DNA of 55,699 bases. Origin: Clostridia bacterium (GTDB taxonomy: Bacteria; Bacillota; Clostridia; Oscillospirales; Acutalibacteraceae). This document shows, piece by piece, positions 9,060-17,450 of the stretch. The translations under genes were made by a program, and so were the position numbers. Below the pieces are notes generated by a model. That model searched no databases, was not told the DNA's origin, and was given only the letters and a program-made list of their open reading frames with translations. Position 1 is the first letter of the stretch. Each line of letters starts with the position of its first letter. The stretch lies in the NCBI GenBank assembly GCA_017936365.1, contig JAGBFS010000021.1:1-55699 (forward strand), given 5' to 3'.

Positions 9060-10004
9060 TTATTTCGTTTTTCGCTTTCTGCTCACCGCTTTTATCATTG
9101 CTTCAAGCGGAGCTCTGGCACTCTCTGCCAGATCAAAGGGCAGAATTATCTGCTCTCCTGCCTCACCCTTCAGCGCTCGTTCGACCACCTCAAGGGTGGT
9201 CAGCCGCATACTGTTGCATATCAGCTTGCTCGGTGCAAGCTGTCTGAAAAAGCGTTCCGGATATTTCCTGTACAATCTGCCGTGTATCGAAATCTCATCA
9301 CAAATTATTACCTCATGAAGCGACTTATTGCAATACTCAACTATCTCGCCGGTACTTGCACAAAAATCAGCAAGCTTCCTTACCTCCGACCGACAGGCGT
9401 TATTGACCACGACCGGCACCCCCGGCCACTTCTGCCTTGCAAGCTCTATATCGGATATATCCACGCTTCGCAAAACCGGACAACCGCCCGGCCAGACCTC
9501 GATCTCTTTTTCCGGCATATTCTCTTTCAGATAATTACCAAGGCTTTCGTCGGGCAAAAAAAGTATCTTGTCCTTCTTTACCGACGACGCTACGCGGAGA
9601 ATATTTTCCGCATCCGCACAAATATCCGCTTCGGCTTTTATCTCCAGACTGCTGTTGATGCTTGCCATTATGCATACATCGGGGTTGTCCTCCCGATACT
9701 TGCGCACGCGCACCGCACTCATCTGTCCGGTGACCGGGCAGATGGCCTGCGAATGGGATAATCTTATATTTTTATCCGGCGCCATAACCGCTGCAGTTTC
9801 AGCTGTATATCTAACCGAGCATATCAGTATATTTTTTTGCTTTGCCTGCTCTGCGGCAAGCGCCATGCCAAGACTGTCTCCGCAATAGTCTGCAACCTCG
9901 ATTATATCGGGATCCATATAATTGTGCGCAAATATCGCTGTGTCTGTCTCTCTTTTAAGCTGTTTAATATCTTCTATCAAAACGATCGGTTCACGAACCG
10001 GCAT
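9060..10004 (-). CDS. Quinolinate-synthase (NadA)-like paralog, degenerate active site
   Basis: Collinear with the canonical NadA at 12013-12933 (AH.Y, GDS, R..AET, LSH...CP, GGCP, C..MRLTT). However HPEC is replaced by NNAC, YINTT by SINSS and GTEN by CDEI. Confidence 0.72.
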   Translation of the reverse strand: MPVREPIVLIEDIKQLKRETDTAIFAHNYMDPDIIEVADYCGDSLGMALAAEQAKQKNILICSVRYTAETAAVMAPDKNIRLSHSQAICPVTGQMSAVRVRKYREDNPDVCIMASINSSLEIKAEADICADAENILRVASSVKKDKILFLPDESLGNYLKENMPEKEIEVWPGGCPVLRSVDISDIELARQKWPGVPVVVNNACRSEVRKLADFCASTGEIVEYCNKSLHEVIICDEISIHGRLYRKYPERFFRQLAPSKLICNSMRLTTLEVVERALKGEAGEQIILPFDLAESARAPLEAMIKAVSRKRKTK

Positions 10005-10242
10005 CTGTCATTCCTCCGTATATATAAAGCATATAGCTGTATGCCAAAAACTCTGATTAAATATTACAATGCAAATTTTAAGAATACAACCGAAATCTTG
10101 TTAAGTTTTCTTTGCCGCGGCGAAAATTTTAATAACTGCGCTCAAATGCGATAAATATTCACATTTTTCCTGTTGAAATATTGCCCTGTACGGTGTTATA
10201 TTATAATGTATATGATAACGTTTTACCGGAAGGAATGATTCC

Positions 10243-11961
10243 ATGCTAAATCAGGTCATCCCTCCCTATGAGGGGAATCAGCCTTTTCTTTACGCCTGTT
10301 ACTGCGCCGAAGATGAGGCATTGGCCTTTCCTATACTTGCAAGAATGTACAACGAGGGTTTCAGGCTCTTTTCAGCCCTCGCTTGCAGAAGCGACCGTCA
10401 CAGCAAAAAGGGCGACAATGACTTCCGCTCGGTTCAGCGTCTTAACGCCAGCTCCAGCGTCATACTTTTCATGTCGCACAATATGCTTGACCGTATCCGC
10501 CGCAGCGACCCGGAAGTTATAACAGCGGTCAAGAGTGCCAGCTTAAGAGTGGTAGTCCAGCTTGACGGCAGCGAACCGTCCGGCGATATCTATGCGCTTT
10601 CGGTTCCCGACCATATCGAATATTCACACGGCAACGATGCCCCATTCTGGCTGTACATCTATAGCTCTGACGCGCTTGAAAAATGCCGCGGCCCCTGGCC
10701 GGAGGAAAGCAAGCGCCTTCGCATGACCGAATCCAATTTTGAAGATGTTTCCGAAGAAGCCCTTTCCGAAGAATACTTCCAGCTTGAAAACATTCTTTCG
10801 GGCAAATCGGCCGCACAACCCCAGAAACAGGAAACCTATATAAACAACGGCGGATATATCATGCCCGTCCCCGACGAATATGTCTATATCCCGCTTGATT
10901 ACACCGGTGATAAGCAATTCGATGAGGTTTTCGGACTTCTCAACAAAGAAGCCGAACACGCTCATGCAGTAGCTACCGCTCCTTTAAAAACCGAATTGCC
11001 GCCGCAGCCGACAGAAGAGTCTTACCCCGAACCAAACTGGGATGCCGCACCGAAGCACCAAATAACAGAAGAACTGCCCCCACCACCGCCTGTTCAGCAG
11101 GATGCACCTGAAATAAAGGCCGACACAATCGTCGATCTGTCCGAGCCTGTTGAGCAAGTCGAGCCCGAATCGGAACCGATAGCGGAAGCATCTCTCTCCC
11201 CCGCCGAAGTGGAGGAAGAAGCCACAACCGAACCCGAAGCCCCGACGTCCGAACCGGAACCGCAGCCGACACCCGCCGCCGAAGAGCCCGCCGTTCTTCC
11301 CGAACCGGAGCCCTTGCCGGAACAAAAAAGCGAACCTGCAAAGCCCTCCAGCGTTCCGGTAATGGTTAAAACCGCATCCCGCCGCCGTGTACGCACAAGC
11401 GTTACTGCGGTAAGACGCACAAAGGTTGCCGCTTCTCACATGACTCTTGAACCCGATTCCTCCGCTCTTATTGAGGCCAACATGAGGGATCGCGCATATC
11501 TGCAAAACTACGCCCGACGGCTTGTAAGAGAAGCTATGGCCGAAACCGTCCCTCTGCTCAAGGCTGAAGCTCTGTCCGCCGTTCAGCCGACCGAACCGGA
11601 GGCTCCGGCAGAAACCAAAAGAAAACACAGCCGCAAACCGACCGCACCTGTACTGCAGGCCGCCGTCGAACCGATCAATATAAATCAACAGCCCGAGCCC
11701 GCCGCAAAAGCATCGGCCGCCGAACCCGCTGCGGAGGATACCGTAAAGGGCCGCAAAAACAAGCATCCCCATTCCAAGGGACTTTCCGGTTTGTTTGCCG
11801 CGCTGAAAGCAAAACGCAGAGAAAAGGATACAACGATTGAAAACGCTCCTGCTACAGTACCCGAACCCGATATCGACGATCTTCTTCCCGAGCCAAAAGA
11901 GGATACCCCTGTTTTGGAGGCCGCCGTTTCAAAATTCATGCGAAAGTCAGCAGGAAAATAA
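10243..11961 (+). CDS. TIR-like N-terminal domain protein with a roughly 400-aa Pro/Glu/Ala-rich low-complexity tail
   Basis: The N-terminus YEGNQPFLYACYCAEDEALAFPILARMYNEGFRLF...VILFMSHNML matches the beta-alpha-beta pattern of bacterial TIR_2 domains. The rest is PE-rich. Confidence 0.55.
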   Translation: MLNQVIPPYEGNQPFLYACYCAEDEALAFPILARMYNEGFRLFSALACRSDRHSKKGDNDFRSVQRLNASSSVILFMSHNMLDRIRRSDPEVITAVKSASLRVVVQLDGSEPSGDIYALSVPDHIEYSHGNDAPFWLYIYSSDALEKCRGPWPEESKRLRMTESNFEDVSEEALSEEYFQLENILSGKSAAQPQKQETYINNGGYIMPVPDEYVYIPLDYTGDKQFDEVFGLLNKEAEHAHAVATAPLKTELPPQPTEESYPEPNWDAAPKHQITEELPPPPPVQQDAPEIKADTIVDLSEPVEQVEPESEPIAEASLSPAEVEEEATTEPEAPTSEPEPQPTPAAEEPAVLPEPEPLPEQKSEPAKPSSVPVMVKTASRRRVRTSVTAVRRTKVAASHMTLEPDSSALIEANMRDRAYLQNYARRLVREAMAETVPLLKAEALSAVQPTEPEAPAETKRKHSRKPTAPVLQAAVEPININQQPEPAAKASAAEPAAEDTVKGRKNKHPHSKGLSGLFAALKAKRREKDTTIENAPATVPEPDIDDLLPEPKEDTPVLEAAVSKFMRKSAGK

Positions 11962-11972
11962 TATAACCGCAT

Positions 11973-12007
11973 AAAAAAAGACCGACATCGAATGATGTCG
12001 GTCTTTC
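11973..12007. terminator. Bidirectional terminator between convergent genes
   Basis: aaaaaaagaccgacatc gaat gatgtcggtcttt. Confidence 0.7.
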
Positions 12008-12012
12008 AATAT

Positions 12013-12933
12013 TTATTTTGAATAATAAAGCATAGCGTCAATACACTTTTTGGCCTTTATGCGCTGTTCTTCCGACATTACTATCTCTTCGCCGCTCTCG
12101 CCCTTTACACAGCGATAAACATCCATCAATGTCGTAAGCCTCATATCATCACACACGCAGCCCTTTGACAGCATATAGAAGCTCTTGTCGGGATGGCTGA
12201 ACTGCAGGTGCTGAACGATACTGTTTTCCGTTCCGATAATGAACTCTTTTGCATCGCTTTTTTCCACAAATGCCGATATGCCGGTAGTGCTTCCTATATA
12301 ATCGGCATACGCGCTGACCTCTTCACGGCATTCCGGATGAATCAGCAAAAGCGCATTGGGGTGCAGTCTTTTTGCCTCTTTCACATCATCGACAGTAATG
12401 CTCATATGTATCGGACAGCCGCCCTTTATAAAATGGAAATTCTTCTCCGGGAGCTGTGCCGCTATCCACGAACCAAGATTGCAGTCCGGAATAAACAGAA
12501 TATCTTTATTCGGCAGATTCTTTACAACCTCGAGCGCAGATGCCGATGTTACACACACATCACATTCGGTCTTCAGCTCGGCTGTTGTGTTGATATAGGC
12601 CACCACAGCACAATCCTTATATTGCTTTTTCAGCTCGCGAAGCTCATCGATCGTCAACTGCTCCGCCATCGGACAGCCGGCCTGAGGATGGGAAAGTATT
12701 ACCTTCTTTTCCGGCGAAAGTATTTTTACCGTTTCGGCCATAAAGCGGACTCCGCACATCAAAAGGGTGTTTTGCTGTGCCTTCTGCGCCTGACTGCTCA
12801 GCCCGAACGAGTCGCCGATAAAATCGGCTACTTCCAATATATCCTGCGTCTGATAAGCGTGCGCCAGTATGCACACATCGTTTTCTTTCTTCAGACGTAT
12901 AATCTCATCCTGTAATTCCTTGATGTTGATCAT
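12013..12933 (-). CDS. nadA: Quinolinate synthase NadA
   Basis: Full motif set is present (AHAY, GDS, RFMAET, GCPMA, YINTT, GGCPIH, HPEC, IGTEN, C.CDDMRLTT). ATG at 12933 lies 5 nt after GGAGG; the track start at 12939 is GTG. Confidence 0.92.
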   Translation of the reverse strand: MINIKELQDEIIRLKKENDVCILAHAYQTQDILEVADFIGDSFGLSSQAQKAQQNTLLMCGVRFMAETVKILSPEKKVILSHPQAGCPMAEQLTIDELRELKKQYKDCAVVAYINTTAELKTECDVCVTSASALEVVKNLPNKDILFIPDCNLGSWIAAQLPEKNFHFIKGGCPIHMSITVDDVKEAKRLHPNALLLIHPECREEVSAYADYIGSTTGISAFVEKSDAKEFIIGTENSIVQHLQFSHPDKSFYMLSKGCVCDDMRLTTLMDVYRCVKGESGEEIVMSEEQRIKAKKCIDAMLYYSK

Positions 12934-12982
12934 AGCCACCTCCCGACCAATTAAACAGTATTATAATAAAAACCGACGCAGG

Positions 12983-13014
12983 TGTCAAGACATATATTGA
13001 CATGTGTCTTGACA
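12983..13014. promoter_or_regulatory. Pair of inverted 10-mers, TGTCAAGACA (12983-12992) and TGTCTTGACA (13005-13014): candidate NiaR operator
   Basis: The two 10-mers are exact reverse complements in the nadA/nadB divergent intergenic region. They overlap the nadB promoter, and niaR is encoded in the same operon. Confidence 0.6.
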
Positions 13015-13025
13015 TATAGTAAAAT
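12997..13025 (+). promoter_or_regulatory. Sigma-A-type promoter of nadB-nadC-niaR
   Basis: TTGACA (12997-13002), 17-bp spacer, TAAAAT (13020-13025), 35 nt upstream of the nadB ATG. Confidence 0.6.
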
Positions 13026-13060
13026 ATATGCCATCTTGATGTGAATTTGGAAGGAATAAA

Positions 13061-14344
13061 ATGGAAACCGATATTTTAATTGTCGGCAGCGGGTGCTCCG
13101 GTCTGTACTGCGCCCTCTGTCTGCCGGACGACAAAAAAATAACCGTTATCACAAAATCTGCCGTCGAGGAAAGCGATTCTTTTCTTGCACAGGGCGGTAT
13201 TTGTGTGCTGAAAGACGAAAGCGACTTCGATTCCTTTTTTGAAGATACCCTAAAAGCCGGTCATTATGAAAACGACCGCGAAAGCGTAAAAATAATGATA
13301 GAATCCTCACGCGATGTCATTTCCGACCTTGTTGGATTCGGAGTCGACTTCTGCCGCGATGATGACGGTAATTTCCGTTACACACGCGAGGGTGCTCATT
13401 CCCAAAGCCGCATCCTGTATCACAAGGATATAACCGGTCGGGAAATCACCTCAAAGCTGCTTGCCCGCGCGCGCGAACGAGCCAACATAAAAATCCTCGA
13501 AAACACCACCTTGCTTGATATAATTGAGCAGAGCGGCGAATGTGTCGGCGCGGTAATATTAAATAACCACGGCGAAACAAAAACGATCAAGGCCGATTTT
13601 ACCGTTCTTGCCACCGGCGGTATTGGCGGACTTTTTAAACACTCCACCAACTTCCGCCATCTTACCGGCGATGCGCTTGCCATTGCGCTTGACCATGGCA
13701 TCGCTTTGAAAAATCCGGATTATGTTCAAATCCATCCGACCACCCTTTATTCCCCAAACGACCGCGACCGCTGTTTTCTGATATCCGAATCGGTAAGAGG
13801 CGAGGGCGCAAAACTTTACAACAAAAACATGGAGCGCTTTGTGGACGAACTTCTCCCACGCGACCTGCTGACAAAAGCCATTCACAAGCAGATGGCTCTG
13901 GACGGCAGCAACTTTGTCTGGGAGGATCTTCGCCCCATCCCCGAAGATATACTTCGCGAACACTTTCCCAATATAGTTGAGCACTGCAGGTCAAAGGGCT
14001 ATGACGTAACAAAGCAATGCATACCGGTCGTTCCGGCTCAGCATTACTTCATGGGCGGCGTAAAAATCGATCATTTCGGAAAAACGTCAATGCCCAATCT
14101 TTACGCCGTCGGCGAGACCGCCTGCAACTCGGTTCACGGAAAGAACCGTCTTGCAAGCAATTCATTACTCGAAAGTCTTGTTTTTGCAAAACGAGCCGCC
14201 CGTGATATAAATCAACACCCCGCAATTGACCACCGGCCGCTTCCGCCGGTCGATCTTAATCGGTATGCTGATATTAAAGCATTGGAGCGCCGATACAAAA
14301 AAATCGTACTTGAAGAAATAAACAGGAGGAACGAAAATGTTTGA
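13061..14344 (+). CDS. nadB: L-aspartate oxidase
   Basis: DILIVGSG.SG FAD-binding N-terminus, AQGGI, and HYFMGG motif near the C-terminus. Operon with nadC. Confidence 0.93.
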   Translation: METDILIVGSGCSGLYCALCLPDDKKITVITKSAVEESDSFLAQGGICVLKDESDFDSFFEDTLKAGHYENDRESVKIMIESSRDVISDLVGFGVDFCRDDDGNFRYTREGAHSQSRILYHKDITGREITSKLLARARERANIKILENTTLLDIIEQSGECVGAVILNNHGETKTIKADFTVLATGGIGGLFKHSTNFRHLTGDALAIALDHGIALKNPDYVQIHPTTLYSPNDRDRCFLISESVRGEGAKLYNKNMERFVDELLPRDLLTKAIHKQMALDGSNFVWEDLRPIPEDILREHFPNIVEHCRSKGYDVTKQCIPVVPAQHYFMGGVKIDHFGKTSMPNLYAVGETACNSVHGKNRLASNSLLESLVFAKRAARDINQHPAIDHRPLPPVDLNRYADIKALERRYKKIVLEEINRRNENV

Positions 14345-15191
14345 TCAGGCAACACTAAAATTAAAGGTAGATCCGCTTATCCTAATGGCACTGGATGAAG
14401 ATATCACCAGCGAAGATATCTCCACAAACAGCGTTATGCCCGTCGAAACCCCGGGCGAAGTCAACCTTATCTGTAAAGAAGATGGTATCCTTTGCGGAAT
14501 TCAGGTCTTTGCAAGGGTATTCACTCTGCTTGACAGCTCTACCAAATTTGAATTTTTCGCACAAGACGGCGACGAAATAAAAGCAGGACAGCTTATCGGA
14601 AAGATCCGCGGCGATATTCGTGTGCTTCTTTCCGGCGAACGCACAGCGCTTAACTATCTGCAACGCATGAGCGGTATAGCGACCTATACCAAAAAAGTTG
14701 CCGCTCTGCTTGACGGAACAAAAACAAAGCTGCTTGATACCCGAAAAACCACTCCGAACAACCGTATATTTGAAAAATATTCGGTTCGCATCGGCGGCGG
14801 CAACAACCACCGATACAACCTTTCCGACGGTGTTCTTCTCAAGGATAACCATATCGGCGCGGCTGGCGGCGTCAAAAAGGCTGTAGAAATGGCGAAGGCT
14901 TATGCACCCTTTGTCCGCAAGATAGAAGTCGAAGTGGAAAACCTCGAAATGGTCAAGGAGGCTGTAGATGCCGGTGCGGACATCATCATGCTTGACAATA
15001 TGTCACATGATGCTTTGAAAGCGGCTATCGAATACATCGGCGGCCGCGCAGAGGTCGAAGTTTCCGGCAACGTTACCAAGGAAAACATTGCACGGCTTAC
15101 CGACCTCGGTGTCGACTATATCTCCAGCGGCGCGCTTACGCACTCCTCCCCCATTCTTGATCTCTCTCTTAAAAATTTGCACGCGATATAA
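14337..15191 (+). CDS. nadC: Nicotinate-nucleotide pyrophosphorylase (carboxylating)
   Basis: ERTALN.LQ..SGIAT, LLDTRKT.P and LKDNH motifs. 8-nt overlap with nadB. Confidence 0.93.
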   Translation: MFDQATLKLKVDPLILMALDEDITSEDISTNSVMPVETPGEVNLICKEDGILCGIQVFARVFTLLDSSTKFEFFAQDGDEIKAGQLIGKIRGDIRVLLSGERTALNYLQRMSGIATYTKKVAALLDGTKTKLLDTRKTTPNNRIFEKYSVRIGGGNNHRYNLSDGVLLKDNHIGAAGGVKKAVEMAKAYAPFVRKIEVEVENLEMVKEAVDAGADIIMLDNMSHDALKAAIEYIGGRAEVEVSGNVTKENIARLTDLGVDYISSGALTHSSPILDLSLKNLHAI

Positions 15192-15202
15192 AAGGTGATA
15201 AA

Positions 15203-15739
15203 ATGAATGCAGAAAACAGAAGAAAGGAAATCATATCTCGGCTGACCGATGCCGAAGCTCCCATCTCCGCTTCACGTCTGGCCTCCGAATTCGGAGTAAG
15301 CCGTCAGGTTATCGTTCAGGACATCGCGATCATCCGAGCCTCCGGTATCGACATCGTTTCCCTCTCACGCGGATATGTTCTGGAAAGCACCGGCAATTTT
15401 CAGAAGATTTTCAAAATATATCATTCGGACGAGGACGTCGAAAAGGAGCTTAATCTTATCGTCGACGCCGGAGGCACGATCATTGATGTCTTTGTCTTTC
15501 ACAAAGCCTATGGCACAGTGCGTGCCGATATGGGCATAAAATCGCGCCGTCAGGTAAAACAGTTTCTCGACGATATCGCATCCGGAAAATCCAGTCTGCT
15601 GAAAAATGTTACATCCGGATACCATTATCACACCATAGGCGCCGACCATCCCGAAACGCTTGATATTATTGAAAACAGTCTTCGCGAAAATGGATTTCTC
15701 GCCCCTTTACAGGAATACGAACCGAACGGCGTTATGTGA
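15203..15739 (+). CDS. niaR: NAD-biosynthesis transcriptional repressor NiaR (YrxA-type, HTH + 3H domain)
   Basis: The N-terminus R...I...L......I.A..LA..F.VSRQVIVQDIA.IRA is characteristic. It is the last gene of the nadBC operon, as in Bacillus and Clostridium. Confidence 0.85.
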   Translation: MNAENRRKEIISRLTDAEAPISASRLASEFGVSRQVIVQDIAIIRASGIDIVSLSRGYVLESTGNFQKIFKIYHSDEDVEKELNLIVDAGGTIIDVFVFHKAYGTVRADMGIKSRRQVKQFLDDIASGKSSLLKNVTSGYHYHTIGADHPETLDIIENSLRENGFLAPLQEYEPNGVM

Positions 15740-15818
15740 AATTTTTTCAGCATTTACCCGCAAAACTCGATACGCAAAGCAATAATAGGCTTTAATAATA
15801 CAATTTGTAGAGGTATTT

Positions 15819-16589
15819 ATGGTAATTTATTACACCGGAACGGGAAACAGCCGTTATATCGCCGAAGGTCTTTCATATCATTTGGGCGACGAGATCCTTG
15901 ATGCAACCGATATGATTCGCCGCCGCGAAACACCGGAACTGTACTCCGAATCACCATGGATTTTTGTCTGCCCGATATATGCATGGCGCTTGCCCCGGAT
16001 ATTTTCCGATTGGATCGAGCGCACGGATTTCAAGGGCTGCAGGAATGCCTATTTTATCATTACCTGCGGAAGCGAAATCGGCAACGCAAAAAAATATCTT
16101 TCCCGCCTTTGTGAGAAAAAGAATTTTTCTCTTCGCGGCGTCGGCGAGATAGTTATGCCCGAAAACTACGTTGCCATGTTCGATGTGCCGGACGAAACCA
16201 CCGCCGCAAGAATCCGAAAGCACGCCGACCGCATGGTTAAGAAAATGTCGGCACAGATTGCCGGGGGTGAGACTCTTGCGGATAAAAAAATAACCCTTAC
16301 CGATAAAATAAAATCATCGGTGGTCAACCCTATCTTCTATCCACTATTTGTAAAGTCGAAAGCCTTTAGGGCAACCGAAGCCTGCATATCCTGCGGCAAA
16401 TGCGAAAAGGGCTGTCCGGTTGGGGGAATCGTCATGTGCGACGGCCGCCCCGAATGGATCGGCAACTGCACCCACTGCATGGCCTGTATCTGCGGCTGTC
16501 CCACATCGGCAATAGAGTATGGCAAAAAGAGCGTAGGCAAGGTAAGATATCAATGCCCGTCTTTTGCTGCGAGCGATGAGACCAAATAA
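15819..16589 (+). CDS. Flavodoxin-like / 4Fe-4S fusion protein (EFR1-family ferredoxin-like)
   Basis: IYYTGTGNSRY N-terminus. C-terminal C..CGKCEK.CP and C..C.AC...CP cluster motifs. Confidence 0.78.
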   Translation: MVIYYTGTGNSRYIAEGLSYHLGDEILDATDMIRRRETPELYSESPWIFVCPIYAWRLPRIFSDWIERTDFKGCRNAYFIITCGSEIGNAKKYLSRLCEKKNFSLRGVGEIVMPENYVAMFDVPDETTAARIRKHADRMVKKMSAQIAGGETLADKKITLTDKIKSSVVNPIFYPLFVKSKAFRATEACISCGKCEKGCPVGGIVMCDGRPEWIGNCTHCMACICGCPTSAIEYGKKSVGKVRYQCPSFAASDETK

Positions 16590-16648
16590 ATTATAATCCA
16601 AAACCTGAATTCTAATTTTACATATTCCCGTTATGGAGGCATTCTTTC

Positions 16649-17362
16649 ATGATGAAATTCAGCGACAACTACATCTTTTCCGAATCAGACTTTGACACCT
16701 TCGGCAACATCCTCCCCAGCAAAGTGCTTGATGTTTTCCAGATCCTTGCCGGCAATCACGCCTCACAGCTTGGAATCGGCTTTCACTCTATGCTCGACCG
16801 CCATCTTTTATGGGTAGTCACTCAAATAAAATATCAGGTATGCGCAGACATTGCCCCCGGTCAGCAGGTAACCGGCATAACCTGGCCTCTGCCGCCCACA
16901 CGTCACGGCTTTGAACGTCAATATCTGATTTGCGACAGCGATGGGAACATACTCATAAAGGGAACCTCCAACTGGGCGCTTATCGATACCGAAACCCGCC
17001 ATTTAGCTTCTGTTTCAGATGTCTATCCCGAAGGCGAGCATTGTACCGACCGGAATTTTGACGAAAAAATCCGTCGTCTTCGCGATTTCGATGCAGTGGG
17101 CGAAACCTTTGAGATCTGCCCCGATGAATCGACCATCGACCGAAACGGACACGTCAACAATACAAACTATGCCGAGTTTGTCCGCGCCGCTCTTGGCTGC
17201 TTCGGCGGAAAGATAGATACCTTCCAGATAGATTTCATCAACGAGGTTATGTGTCATCAAAAGCTGTATATTCAGCATGCCGTTTCGGGCACCACTACCC
17301 TTGTAAAAGGTCTGTCCGATGACGACAAGCGTATGTTTACCTGCTCTATCACTTTGAAATAA
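16649..17362 (+). CDS. Acyl-ACP thioesterase
   Basis: Double hot-dog pattern, with LLWVV...KY in the first half and NGHVNNTNY in the second. Confidence 0.75.
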   Translation: MMKFSDNYIFSESDFDTFGNILPSKVLDVFQILAGNHASQLGIGFHSMLDRHLLWVVTQIKYQVCADIAPGQQVTGITWPLPPTRHGFERQYLICDSDGNILIKGTSNWALIDTETRHLASVSDVYPEGEHCTDRNFDEKIRRLRDFDAVGETFEICPDESTIDRNGHVNNTNYAEFVRAALGCFGGKIDTFQIDFINEVMCHQKLYIQHAVSGTTTLVKGLSDDDKRMFTCSITLK

Positions 17363-17382
17363 TATTCACATATAATCAACAA

Positions 17383-17420
17383 AGCCGGAATCGCAATATA
17401 TGCGGTTCCGGCTCTTGTGT
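17383..17420. terminator. Bidirectional terminator between convergent genes
   Basis: agccggaatcgca atata tgcggttccggct. Confidence 0.6.
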
Positions 17421-17450
17421 TATAACTTGCCTGCACAAAGTCTGTTTGAT

